Part shown: positions 48,660-61,790 of the stretch, piece after piece
How the letters are laid out: each line of letters begins with the position of its first letter
Position numbering within the stretch: position 1 is the stretch's first letter
Source of the DNA: Mobula hypostoma
Lineage: Eukaryota
Length of the DNA: 64,000 nt
Assembly (NCBI RefSeq): GCF_963921235.1
Contig: NC_086097.1
Location: forward strand, 54,438,001-54,502,000
Reading direction: 5' to 3'
Program-made: the position numbers and the translations under genes
Notes under the pieces: generated by a model
What the model was told of the DNA's origin: nothing
The model's database searches: none
Seen by the model: the letters and a program-made list of their open reading frames with translations, nothing else

Positions 48660-50192
48660 GATCAGACATAGGAACAGAATTAGGCAATTTGTCCCATCGA
48701 GTCTGCTCTGCCATTCAATCATGGCTGATCCTTTTTTTTTCTCCTCCTCAACCCCATTTCCCAGTCTTCTCCCCATAACCTTTGATGCCGTGTCCAATCA
48801 AGAACCTATAAATCTCTGCCTTGAATACACCCAACCAACTGGCCTCCACAGCTACACGTGGCAACAATTTCACCACCCTGTAGCTAAAGAAATTTCTCTG
48901 CATCTCTGTTTTGAATGGACACCTCTCTATCCTGAGGCTGTGCCCTCTCTTCCTAGACTCTCCCACCATGGGAAACATCCTTTCCATATATACTCTGCCT
49001 AGGCCTTTCAACAATTGAAAGGTTTCAATGAGATCCTCCCGTCATCCCTCTAAATTCCAGCAAGTACAGTCCCAGAGCCATCAAACATTCCTTGTATGAT
49101 AACCATTTCATTCCTGGAATGATCCTTATGTGCCAGCACATCTCTTCTAAGACGAGCAGCTCAAAGCTGCACACAATACTGAGGGTGAGCCTCACCACTG
49201 CCTTATAAAGCCTCGGCATCACATCCCTGCACTTGTATTCTAGACCTCTTGAAATGAATTCTAACATTGCATTTGCCTTCCTCACCACCGACTCAACCTG
49301 CAAGTTGACCTTTAGTGTGTTCTGCACAAGGACTCTCAAGTCCCTTTTCATCTCAGATTTTTGGATTTTCTTTCCATTTAGAAAATAGTCCGTACATTTA
49401 TTAGTACTACCAAAGTGCATGATCATGCATTTTCCAACATTGTATTTTATTTGCTACTTTCTGGCCCATTCTCCTAATCTGTCAAAGTCCTTCTGCATCC
49501 TACCTGCTTCCTCAACACTATCTGCCCCTCCACCAATCTTCATATCATCTGCGAACTTGGCAACAAAGCCATCTACTTCATCATCAAAATCATTTATATA
49601 CAGCATAAAAAGAAGTGGTCCCAACATGGACCGCTGTAAAACACCACTAGTCACTGGTAGCCAACCAGACAAGGATCCTTTTATTCCCAGTTGCTGCCTG
49701 CTTCCAATCAGCCAATGCTCTAACCATGTTAGTAACCTTTCTGTAATACCATGGGCTCTTAACTTGGTAAGCAGCCTCAGGTGTGGCACCATGTCATAGG
49801 CCTTCTGAAAGTCCAAATATACAACATCCACTGCATCCCCTTTATCTATCCTACTTGTAATCTCCTCAAAGAATTCCAATCGGTTCGTCAGGCAGGATTT
49901 TCTCTGAAGGAAACCATGCTGACTTTGTACTATCTTGTCCTGTGTCACCAAGTACTTCATCACCTCATCCTTAAATATTGACTCCAACATCTTCCCAACC
50001 ACTGAGGTCAGATTAACTGGTCTATAATTTCCTTTCTGCTTCCTTTCTCCTTTCTTAAAGAATAGAGTGACATTTATAATTTTCCAGTCCTCTGGCACAA
50101 TGCCAGAATCCAATGATTTTTTTGAAAAATAATTTCTAATGCCGCCACAATCTCTAATGCTACCTCTTTCGGAACCCTAGGGTGCAATTCAT
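48660..50192 (-). mobile_element. CR1 LINE 3' half (RT), same subfamily as 8590-11805
   Basis: NYRPVNLTSVVGK, YLDFQKAYDMVPH, KFADDMKIGG; shares subfamily residues EVMxYLVTQD..VQSQHGF and VLVQNTLKVNLQ with the + strand copy. Confidence 0.92.
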
Positions 50193-50199
50193 CAGTAGA

Positions 50200-50760
50200 T
50201 AGTCTGTCTCCGGTGATGGTGGAAGAGAGAGGGAGAAAAGCAGCAAGTAAATTTAGTTCCGGGTGGAAGGTGAGGGCAAAGTTGATGAAATTGACGAACT
50301 CAGTATGGGTGCAAGAAGCAGCACCAATGCAGTTGTCAGTGTAGTGTAGGAAGAGTTGGGGGTGTTACCAGTATAGGCTTGGAATGCAGACTGTTCTACA
50401 TAGCCAACAAAAAGGTAGATGTAGCTGGGGCTCCTGCGGGTACCTATGGCTACACCTTTGATTTGGAGAAGGTGGAAGGAGTCAAAAGAGAAATGGTTGA
50501 GGTTGGGAACCAGTTCTGTCACAGAGAAGGGTGATAGTGGAAGGGAACTGATTCGGTTTGTCGTAGAGAAAGAAGCGGAGAGATTTAGGCCTTCCTGATG
50601 GGAGATAAAAGTATATAGGGATTGGACATTGACAGTGAAAATGAGGTGATTAGGAACAGTGAACTTAAAGTGATTAAAGTAATCAAGAGCATGTGAAGTG
50701 TCATGGATGTAGGTAAGAAGGGACTGAACCAAGAGGAACAACATGGAGTCATGTTGCTTG
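50200..50760 (-). mobile_element. Penelope-like element reverse-transcriptase fragment
   Basis: TYIHDTSHAL...IFTVNVQSLYT...NHFSF..LQIKGVAIGTRRSPSY..LFVGYVEQ are PLE RT motifs. Confidence 0.85.
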
Positions 50761-50795
50761 TTCTATCTGCATATTTACTATTTGTCATTCATTAA

Positions 50796-50935
50796 CCGGC
50801 TGGTGGTAGAGTGGCATCAGCGCTGGACTTTGGGGCGAGAGGTGCTGAGTTCAAATCCAGCCGGCTCTCTTGCATGCTCTCCATCCGTGCCTGAGTTGAG
50901 TGTCAAGCTAACAACTCGACCTCGTTTAAAAAAAA
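50796..50935 (+). mobile_element. tRNA-derived SINE, short copy of the 998-1337 family
   Basis: A box TGGTAGAGTGG, B box GAGTTCAAATCC, shared body ccatccgtgc..gttgagt...caactcgacctc, then an A tail. Confidence 0.8.
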
Positions 50936-51115
50936 CCTGGAGAGGGATTGGCAAACTTCGATGACTTGCATTTTTAATCAAAATTATCAATATAAGTTGT
51001 AAATAGTTAAGGGGCCACGAAGCGGTTCTGTGGCATTCCATGAATATCAACCTGAAAAGACCTGCATGTTCCTAATTTTCTAACTTCCAACAAATTCTTT
51101 ACCCATTTATTAAGG

Positions 51116-51186
51116 CCATATCTAAGTAGCATCCTTCTTGGAGAATACTAAGTGTCAAATGGCACAAGGATGCTACTTAGATATGG
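51116..51186. repeat. Perfect inverted repeat: 21-bp arms, 29-nt spacer
   Basis: CCATATCTAAGTAGCATCCTT (51116-51136) and AAGGATGCTACTTAGATATGG (51166-51186). Confidence 0.95.
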
Positions 51187-51274
51187 ATAAGGAAGATTGT
51201 CAGTGTGGATAAACATTTGGCTAAAATACAGAAACCATTAATAATGTACAGGCACTTATCAATATTTAAATTAT

Positions 51275-51940
51275 AAGAATTAGTCTATTTGTCCCTCATG
51301 AACTGATTTATTTTCCCTCTCAACCCCCATTCTCCTACCTCCTCCCTGAAACCTTTGACACCTATTCAAGAACCTATCAACCTCTGCTTTAAGTATACCC
51401 AAAGACTTTGCCTCCATGGTATCTGTTGCAATGTATTCCACAGATACGTCACACTCTGGCTAAAGAATTCCTCCTCATCTCTGTGATAAAGGGACATTCT
51501 TGTATTCTGTGGCTGTGCACACTGGTCCTCGATTCTCTCACTATTGGAAACATCCTCTTCACATCCACTCTATCTAGGCCTTTCAATATTTGATAGGTTT
51601 CAATGAGATCCTCCCTTTATCTTCTAAACTCCAGCAAGTAGTCCGAGAGTCATCAAACCCTTCTCATACGATAACCCTTTCATTTCCAGAATAATTCTTG
51701 TGGACCTCCTGTGGACACTCTCCAATGCTGGCACATACTTTCTTAGAAAAGAGGCCCAAAACTGCTCACAATATTCCAAGTGTGGTCTGACTCATGCCTT
51801 ATAAAGCCTCAGCATTACATCCTTGCTTTTATATTCCTGTCCTCTAGAAATAAATGCGAACATTGCATTTGCCTTCCTTACGACTAACTCCACCTGCAAG
51901 TTAACCTGCAGGGAATCCTGTACTAGGACTCCCAAGTCCC
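51275..51940 (-). mobile_element. CR1 LINE 3' fragment
   Basis: Closely parallels 48660-49345 (cctttcaatatttgataggtttcaatgagatcc, cttataaagcctcagcattacatcc). Confidence 0.85.
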
Positions 51941-54869
51941 ATGCCTCATGGGTCTATCCTGAAGCTTCATTGTTTATCCTTGGGCAATTCAGATAAAATA
52001 CATCCACGATCTCTTTTCTGTTGCAATAATTACAACCTCAAGACTAGTATATTTATCAAAGATTTTACATAACACACATTAAATGCTCACTCAGATGATT
52101 TTCAGAGCATCCTGTGAACATGTTAATGCATATCAAGATATTTCTATCAACTTAAGGGTTGATGTATGGTTTCCTGCTTTGTTTCCCCTCTTAATTTTTG
52201 ATTATGATTTACACTGGTCTCCAAACTAATGCAATTCCTATTTTGCCAATTTAAATTAACAGCTTCTAAAATAACATTTAAAATTATGTATATTTTATAA
52301 AAGTTAGATTGTGGAAAATCAAAATTGGTGCCAAGTTCTAACATCAATACTTTGAAGTAGTTGAAAATGGTAATGTCTTTGCTGCCACTGTAAAAATAGA
52401 ACAGATGAATAAATCTCTTTCTGAAGTGATTATTTAAAATACTATATGTAGTAGTTTGTTTGAAATAATGTCTGACACGTTTGGCGTTACTGAATCATGC
52501 AAGTGTGAAGTGAAAAAAAGTGTTCAAATAGAAATACCTGAAACAACACTTTATTTGACCAAAATTATTTTACCTTGGTAGATGGTTGCATCATTATGTT
52601 GACTTGTCAGAATTTCTCAGCAATTGCTCTAATATATTTTGGGTGAATTAATTTGGACATCTGGTAATTGTTGGAAGTTTTCACTTAAATGTTGCACTGT
52701 TTGGAAGAGATTTGTGCTCATAATATTAGTACTTAGAACATAACACGTACATTGGAAATTATCATACATGACATTAATACGCTAAGATGCTCTTGTAATG
52801 TCATGTAGAAGGACTTAAGATAATATTTGTGTTCCAAGAAGAGCATCGAAGAAATATAATGTATCTATCAAGGCAACTTCCCCCAGAACAAAGCAGACTG
52901 TGTGTTCAGGATGTTAAGGGTAATTATTAACAATATTTCTGGTAATAATAAAGCTGTTGTCTATCTAGTAACAAAATTGGGTAATCTCTAGGTATGTCAC
53001 TTTCAAAATTTTGTTGGGTTTATTTTTGATCACTTTGATTTTTATATCTTTGGCATGATAATCTTGGTATTGTACAATTTTAATTATATTTTTTTGCTCT
53101 TAATTTAAGAAATTCTATATTCATATATAGTGAGGGATCACTAAACTTGCCACCAAACTGCCTGCAAATTACAGACAATCCTATAAATGTAAAACAATGG
53201 GATACCAATTGTTGGAAACAATCTGGGAAATGAGCAATTGTTCCAGCTGTTTTTGGAAATCATCTGTCCTGATAGTTTGCTCTATGATTATTGAGAAAAT
53301 GGCTATTTGAAGAGGATTGCAACATAATGCTCAGAAATAATGTAGTATACACCAAAATATTTGGTTTGAATTAAGCTTATTTTATAAAATCATCTGCTGG
53401 CTTTTTCCATTTGACGTTTGAACTCTCTTCCTAATAAAGGCTCAGTCAGATCAAAGCTAACGGAACTTAGACCCTGAAAAACAGTCAGTAGGGAACGGTC
53501 ACCCAGTTATGGCTTGAATTGCTAAGATTTTAACCCCACAAGCATCAGGAATTGGATATCCTTCCTGACCTGAGGTCCTTAAAATGATGGTCAGACTTTG
53601 CCAGAGATCTCCCAATTGTCCATTGGCAGTGGATTTCATATAAAATCAACAGGAGAGCACAATGTGGCTGCAAATCCTCAACAGCCCTGCTATGAACAGG
53701 AAGCCTATTAATTTGAATTGAGACAAATGGATGTGAGGGGGAAAAGAGTATATGTATATTTTTCATTACTTTTCATAAATGTTTAATTTTTGTTTATATA
53801 TATATATATAGAGCTGCTTAAAACTTAAAGCTTTTAAATGTTTTTGAATACGATTCAAGTTGTCAACAGCTGGCAGAGGCAGTGGATATGACTCAGTGTG
53901 TCAATTTTTTTTCCAGTAGGTTTGTGAACAGCTCTTGTTCTGGTGTTGCCACTCAGCAACATTACATTAGGCTAAGCCCTGCAACTGTAAAGGGCCTTTC
54001 AATTTCGTGTCAGAATTATTCTGAGCAGCTAATTGGGTATTTGTAGATCTGGGAAAGGTGAGTCAGTAGTTAGTATGAATTAAGCAATGAACAGTAGCAG
54101 CTCTCCAGTTATGGCCCAGGTAGTTAATTGTAAATGTTAATTTGTTTTTTATCCTATTTTGAACCTGTTTAGCATGTATATTTTCCCAAACTCAAGTTAA
54201 TTATGATGGGGGAAAATTGACATTGTTATTTCTAGCATATTGTTACTCTCCAATATTTTCATCTGCTGCACTCATGTAGACCTTTTAAACATTGAAATCA
54301 AGTTGAAAAGATGTTTATGGCAGAAATCATTTCTAGTGAGCAGAGGGAGGTTTATTTTTTTGATAGCAACACATTGCCTCAATTCCAAATCGTGTATTTT
54401 GTTTTTTTGGAAGGTTATTGCTTAATTGTATCCTAAGAGTGATTTGACTCGATTCTTATTTCTGAGAAGAAAATTGTAAATCGAGTCTTGGATTTTTTTA
54501 AAGATAAGCAGCCATAATATTGTAACATAGTTATTTTGACAATGTTCCAGGTAATTAGTCTCACATGATTATTTTCTGGTGTACCAAATAACTTAAAAAC
54601 AAAAATGGAAATAAGAGTTTTTAGAAACAAGTATTCCAGAAGATTTCATTGCTATGTTGATTTCATGATTGCTATTTTTATTTCTGCTTGTTCTTTGTGT
54701 TAGAACCTGTACATTTGTGATGTGATATTTGGATAAAATATTTGTTAAATTAAAATGCAATCACATTTGTAATGGGCATCTCTTAAATTCAAAAGTTTAA
54801 TCTTAGCATTATATCTGAGAATGTGTGTTGTGTGAGGTTTTTTATTGTGGACCTGTCAGTGCTAGGTAG

Positions 54870-56110
54870 GCTGGTGAGCTGTTGACTGGAGGGGATCAGT
54901 ATCCTGGGCTGATAATTTGCTATTGCTACTTGGGAAGGTTTAAACTTGAAATTGTAGCACCTGGATACCTGAGCAGAGATGAAAAGTTGGGGGCAAATAC
55001 TGTAGTCAGTGAGATTGTATTCAGAACAGCCAAGAGTATGGCAAAGAGAGAGCAGAGACTAGTTAAATACTGCATTCATTTCAATGCAGGAGGTTTAGCA
55101 GGTAAGGTAAGTAAAATCTCAGTGTGGATTGGCTTAGAGTAGAGCAGGATTGGCAGCTTAATGTTCTTGTGTCTAGACATTACTGATATGATAAAGGAAC
55201 TGGTAAAGGGGATGGGGGGTGCTTGTGCATTTTTTTGATGAGAGGGCACAACAGCAGTGGTTGGAGTTATTCTTGGGGGATTGGCCAGTGAGGCTATTTG
55301 GATAAAAGTTAAAAACAAAGGAAGGGATAATCATGGAATTATTAAAAGTCCTCTGAAAACCAACGGGAATTAGAAGAGCAGATGTGTAGGGAGATTGTAG
55401 ATAGCTGTAAGAGTAATAAGGTAGTATTAATGAGAGATTTTTAACTTCCCTAAAGTTGACAGCCATTTGGACAGATGGAATTGATTAAATGTGTCCAAGA
55501 AACCTTTCCTAATCAATATATAGAAAGCTCAACAAGAGAGGGCACAGCACTGGACCTCCTGTTGTGGAATGAGTTGGGGCAAATGAATGAAGTGTCAGTC
55601 AGCAAGAACTTTGGGTCCAGTGACCATAATTCTGTTCATTCTAAAAATAGCCATGGAGAAAGGTGGGACATAAGGTCTTAAATTAAGGTATTGCCAGCTT
55701 TGCAGATTTTTGGTAGGAACTTGCTGAGGTCAGTTGGGTGAGACTATTTGAAAGTCAAGGAACATCTGAAAAGTAGGAGGATTTTAAAGTGAGATATCAA
55801 GAGTTCAGGGACAGCAGGCTTCGTTTCAGGTGAAGAACAAGGCTGGCATATTTAGGGAATCTTGGCTGATGAGAGGCATTGAGTCTCTAAGAAGGAAGCA
55901 TACCTTAGGTTTAGGAAGTGTTGATCATGCGATGAGTGAGTATAAGCAGCTTCAGAGTACATTTATAAGAGAAAATGGGGGGAGAGGAGGGTAAAAAGAA
56001 GGCATGAATTGGATTGTCTGGAAAAGTTAAGGAAAATCTCAATAAGTGTGTAGATTAAGAATAAAGTGGGTGGAGGGGTTGGTTCTAGGGAAAGATTGAG
56101 TCTCCTTAAA
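54870..56110 (+). mobile_element. Old CR1 fragment (ORF1/APE region)
   Basis: CIHFNAG, ELIKCVQETFPNQYIESSTREGTALDLLL..NFGSSDHNSV. Confidence 0.7.
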
Positions 56111-57906
56111 TCAGGAGCAAAGTAAAGCATAAGAAATTGTAACTAAGAAACATGAAGCACTAAGTCAAGATAGTAAGCATTCTCTGCAGTTACTTAGTGG
56201 TTAAAAGTTGTAACCAATCAGTAGACTGTCACTGTAAAACAAAATAATCAAATCTTGAAGTTTCTAGTGGCCCTAGATGTAGCATTGTCAGAGCAAGGTG
56301 TCAGATTATAAAGATATAATTGTTAAATGAGCAAAACCTTGGTATTTGGATTTCAGTATGGTGAAATGTTTGACATTGGAAAACAAGGAAAAACTGGACC
56401 AGAAAAGGTCAAGCTATTTTGTGAATGGTGAAAGTCGAAAACAATAGTACTTGTAACAATTCATGGACGTGGATCACTTGATTGCTCTGAGCATTTGTGG
56501 AAATATATTTTTAAACATCTCCAGGCCATACCTTGAGAGCAGTTCCTGGCATTATCTCAAGGATATATTGACCTCAGAAGGTGTGAAGATTTTCGAGAAT
56601 GATTTCAGGATTTCGTGTCCCAAGTTACAAGAGAAGGTTTAAAAGAAAAGTATGGAATTACAAGGGGAAGTGCCAATGATGGGATTATTCTGCTGGTAGT
56701 CAACATTGACCAAATGGGTCAGTTGACCCTCTTTTGTGGTGATTAAATATTAAATGTATTGTAGCTATTGTAAAATCCAGTGTCATTGTTGTTATTAAAT
56801 GATTAAAAAAAGCCATTTAGTTCTTTATCAAGTTGTACTTTTGAAAGCAGGAGCTACTGCTGAAAAGCAAGTAAACAATGTCTTTGGCACCTTATCCTAC
56901 TTCTGTAACTTGCTTATTTTTTAATTATGTAAAACAAAACATTGTAAAATTGCTGTATTTTAAAATGATAAAGATAACTTGTATTTATTTCACAGCTGGC
57001 CGGCTTTATTATTTGAAGTTGTGATTTTTCTTAAGTTTCAGAAAATCCAGGGATTCCTTTCTTTAACCATGTGAAATTTCAGTTTTAACTCTCTTTGGGG
57101 TACAGTCATACATTACATTTCTGCCTTTTTCTTGCAAATGAAGATCTACAACACTATAACCCAAATTTTTCATGATCTTCGGAATTTTACAAAATATATG
57201 TCATGAGTCCTTGGAAGCATCATCATTGCTGGTAGATACCCTGCAGAGTCAAATTTCAAATCCACTGTTGCATGATTCTCTATTGTTTTATTGAATATAC
57301 TTTTTTAAAAAAGAGGGACAAAATAGAAGGAAAATTGTGGAATTAAATTAGCCAACAAAAATTGCTCATGTTTTTGAGGTAATAGTACGCAATCAAGAGC
57401 ACTTGCAAGGAAGACCTTACATCTTGTTTTCTTCCATAATTTTACTGATACTTATAACAGCTATCTTAACATAAAATTTTGGGCAACATCAAACTCAAAA
57501 TGTGCTCTCTTTACTAGCTGTTTGAGTGTAGAACAACTTTTTAAATATAGGTCATATTGATTTGCAAACATTTTGGAAATAAATAATTTTATAACGTTGG
57601 ACTTGTTACGAATTTCTAGTGTTATGGAAATTTTTTTTGCAGAAACTGGAATCAATCTATATTTAATTCTAACCAATATGTGTATTAGATAAATGGCAAG
57701 GCAATTAATACATGCTTCCCAACCTGAATGGGTTTTTTGCTGAGAAATTACATCACTATTTGTCATGAAAAGATAATTGTGCAAGTCTACATTGAGATTC
57801 TGCAAAGGAATATTTAATTCAATTGACTTTTGCTGTTTGACATGTTAAGGTAGTTAGGCCATGATGAAATCTCATGTTAATGTTACTGAAGTTATTTTGC
57901 CTGTGG

Positions 57907-57940
57907 AAGAGTGCAACATTGTCTTAGATGTTGCACTCTT
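57907..57940. repeat. Perfect inverted repeat: 13-bp arms, 8-nt loop
   Basis: AAGAGTGCAACAT-tgtcttag-ATGTTGCACTCTT. Confidence 0.9.
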
Positions 57941-59309
57941 ATGATAAGCCTAGTAATCTGTTAAATATGCAGTGTGTAATGTATGCACATTAGGAATATA
58001 GAAGAAAATTTGAATTCAGAATTTGGAAAGTTTGACTAAAATTCGTGGATGTAATTTCACTTTTACACAAATATTGTAACCTGATATCAGATCTTTTTGG
58101 AGATTATGGAGCTTTCTTTTCCAGAATGCTTTTCCAGGTTCTGTTACAACCATTAAAAATAGTTTGCCAAAACATCAAATAAAAATAAAATAAGATATCA
58201 AATAAAAAATCAAATGAAATCATTTTGATCTATTTCTCTACTCCCATCTCAGCATAAATTTCAGGCGTAATTATCCCCAGGAAATACGACAATTCAAAGC
58301 TTTGTCCTTAATTAGACTTATTCCTTTATTTATGGTTATGTTTAGTGCATGTGTATTAAGTTATCTTTGTAGCAGAATAGCCAAAATCAGACATTTTTAA
58401 AAGGCAGCAGAAAAGTATGGATTTCAGTTGTGAATAATCTTTTCTAGATTATCTTCTAGAAAAGTAATGAATGCTGTTTTGTTTAAACTGAAAGCTAATA
58501 TAACGTTCTTGCTCAGCAGCTAGAAATAAAAGCTCTTTATTTTACTTCATGTTTATTGATTGCCTTTTTGGTTACTTGAAAGAAGGTAATTGAATTGCAT
58601 ATAACTGCCCCAAGGCATACATTATTTTGACTATTGACTCAATTGTGAGATTCTCATGTTAAATAACAATTTTAATAGTTCTCTGTTCCTGCTTTTTAAA
58701 TTCTGGAAACTTGCATTAAATTACTAGTGTTTTAGGTTGGTATTAATTGTTACTTTATGTTAAATCTTTTCAAAGATTAAATGCTTGAAACAGAAGCACT
58801 AGGGTCTTTGCATTTTGCCTAGAATGTCAGATTTGTTGATCAATTTTGCCGTCTTCCACCTAGTAGCATTTCAAAATCTTTGAATATGCATGGACTGAAA
58901 TATCACAACGAGAGTCGGGCTTTTACTATTTCCGTGTAAGGAGTTTGCTTACTGTTTAGTTATAGAAATTATTTTGAATAAATGAAATTTGAGCTTTTAA
59001 TAAGATGGCATTAAACCTGCTTAGCCTCTAATGCATCTTTGAGTCCAGAGCCAGTATTAGCTTATTGAATTCTGTCACTCTGTCCATTAAGGTTATGATA
59101 TCATGTGTATAATCAAACATCAACTTGTGAATGAGACAATAAAATCGAGATCTAAATGTAAGATTGTTACAGCAGCGGAACTTAATAAATCTATGATATT
59201 GGCAAGAATACGTGTTTAATAGTGCCATATCTGGTAGGCTATGGATATTAGACTTTGACAGTTGATTAATTTGAATAAATAATATTATATGTTATAATAT
59301 GTTTTCTAG

Positions 59310-59573
59310 TTCTCTCAGGCCAGACACACCACAGTCCTCTGAAGCGTTCAGTATCTCTTACCCCACCAATCAATGTGCCAAATCAGCCTCTAGGTCATGG
59401 ATGGATGTCCCATGAAGACCTGCGAGCAAGAGGACCTCAGTGTATCCCGTCAGACCATGCTCCTCTCTCCCCACAGAGCAGTGTTGCTTCTTCTGGTAGC
59501 GGCGGGAGTGAACATCTTGAAGATCAAGCAGTAACACGAAACACATTCCAAGAGGAGGGCAGTGGCATGAAAG
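59310..59573 (+). CDS. SAMD4A: SAMD4A next coding exon, immediately before the SAM domain (equivalent to human exon 4)
   Basis: (I)[87 protein letters not shown]. Acceptor gttttctAG ends at 59309; donor GTaggt starts at 59574; 264 nt. Joins the previous exon in frame (A|TT = Ile). Confidence 0.96.
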
Positions 59574-60509
59574 GTAGGTAACTGCTTTTAGAGTGATTTT
59601 CCTGACAGCAGTAGACATTTTCAAATAGAATGCAAAATGAAAAGGGAATGATGTTGTTTTATTAATGTTGCTGATGTACTGTGTTCATTGAAGTAATAGT
59701 GAATTTTGTGGGCTGAGGTTTTTCCCTGTAACTTAATTTGGATATTTATTAAATATACATAATCTGTCACCACAGTTTATCTTTCTGTACATCTGTCCAT
59801 GGCTCAAATCCAGATAGTCAACGGGGTATTACTGGAAAACATGTGGACTTAGAGTTTTTTATGTAACTAGAATGATCAACTTTTGATTCTTGAGGGTGTC
59901 TCTTCACAAATGTTATTCTTTTATTCATTTCCACATAATGAGAAAAGGGCAGGAGATTATTATATTGGCAACAGGTTTTATGGATCTTAAAACCAGATGG
60001 AACACGGCAAGAAAAGAACATAAAAACCCATGAAATAAATAGAAGTTCTATTGTAATGGTATTTATGGAAGTCAGTGTTTATTTTTCTGAGGGTAAGCTC
60101 TCCTGTTTAAGGTAAAATCGGGAATAAATCTAAGTGTACTGAGGGGAAAAAAAACACTTTAAAGAAAATTATACAGGAAAGATTAAAAAAAACATCTGAA
60201 CGAAATAGCTGACAGCAACTAAGTATAACTGGCTTAATTGTATTCAATGTGCTATTCTATTAAAAACAGTTTACCTGAAGTCCAGATGGATGTCAAGTGA
60301 ATTTAAATGGATTTTCTAATTGTGTGCTACAGCCACCAAATTACTCAATTGACAGAATGGCTGAATTTTAAGTTACTATAGACCTCTTGTCTTTGTCAGA
60401 AATAATCATTTGATAACAAAACCGCCCAAGCAGTTTAAAACTTCAATCTCAGGTCAAACTGGAATATGATTTTGAGAGAGAAAAATCTGCACTGCAGAGT
60501 AAGTGAAGT

Positions 60510-61450
60510 TAATACATAAGAGGTGCAAGACCAAGCCATTGACTTTGCAAGCCTCCTTCACCTTGCTTACCATCTAACTCACCTGCATTTTGCTGCATTA
60601 TTCCTCTATTATCTAGTTTCTGTTTTGATTGAAATTATCTGCTCTGGAATCCTGTGGATGCTGAGTCACTGTTCAAAGAACTGATACCCTCTGAACAAAG
60701 GTAACCATAAATGGCCAACTTTTATCTTATTTTGATGTAGTGAACTTTCCTAGGCTTGTCTAGCAGGGCAAACATATTTTCCTTGCATTCACGCAGTCAA
60801 CACCTGTAAGTATTTTTTAAGCTTCAGAGAGGTGGTCCTTCATTCTATTAAACTTCAGTGATTAAAAGCCTAGATTATTCAGTCTTCACAATAAAGCTGT
60901 CGTCCAGTGATTCTTTGTTATACTTCTATGGCAAGTACAGTGTAAGAAGATGCAAACGCAACACATTACTGCAGGTATGGTCTTGTTCTATGTAATTGTC
61001 GTAAGGTATCTTTATTACTTTACTCAAATCTTCTCACTATAATGGCATTTGTCTTGTTTATTCCTTGGTGTCTCTGCATCTCAGTTCTCATCAGTCAGGT
61101 ACAAGGACGCCTGGGTCCTTTTAAACATACTGGTTTTCCAACTATTCACCTTCTTAAAAAAAAAGTTGTCCAATAAACTTGATTAAGTCTCAATTTTTTA
61201 CACTTATTTCTTCCGTCATCTTCTCAGCATCTCATGAAGCTTGTATTATATCCCATGAAGTCTCTCTATAGCCTGTGCCTTATTTGCAATGGCATCTTGT
61301 TTTACATCATCAGCAAATTAGAAATATAATATTTGGTCCTTGCAGTCAAATCATACAGATTATAAATAACTGGGGCCCAAGCACTGAATTAAGTGGTACC
61401 CCATTCATAACGACCTGGCTATCTGAGGAAAAACTGCTTTATTCTCACTC
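60510..61450 (-). mobile_element. Highly decayed CR1 3' relic
   Basis: Reverse complement keeps GVPLNSVLGP-like and FADD-like remnants and a CR1 tail layout. Confidence 0.5.
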
Positions 61451-61479
61451 TATCTTTGTCTTTTAAATGGTAATTATTT

Positions 61480-61790
61480 GTTTCACTATTGTCATCTGTA
61501 CCATGATACAGTGAAAATCTTTTGTTTGCATACCATCGAGACAGATCATTCCATGCTTAAGTACATCGAGGTGAAGAATATAAAAACCAGAATGCAGAAT
61601 ATGGTGTTACAGTTATAGAGGAAGTGTAGTGCGGGTTACAAGTAAAGCGCAAGGGTCGTGACAAAGTAGAATGAGAGATGAAGAGTTCATCTTAATCAGT
61701 TTTCTCATGCCCTCAAGCTTTGTATTTTCTGCCCCAGTGGAATGGGGGAGAATAGAGAATGACAGCTTGGAGTGGTACTTGCTTATGTTC
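61480..61790 (-). mobile_element. LINE 3' UTR fragment (family of 905-1640)
   Basis: gatacagtgaaaatc..ttgcat..cagaatatggtgttacag, similar to 920-1450. Confidence 0.55.

Larger units (their letters stand above)
48418..59309 (+). other. SAMD4A: SAMD4A GT-AG intron (~10.9 kb)
   Basis: Lies between two exons that join in frame and colinearly with the known protein; canonical GT...AG ends. Confidence 0.9.

Noticed and set aside
53400..54020. Possible ancient palindromic or DNA element
   Set aside because: Composition differs from the flanks, but no TIR, TSD or second copy could be identified.
58439..58464. 10-bp inverted repeat CTTTTCTAGA/TCTAGAAAAG
   Set aside because: Short, AT-rich and built on a self-palindromic TCTAGA; compatible with chance.
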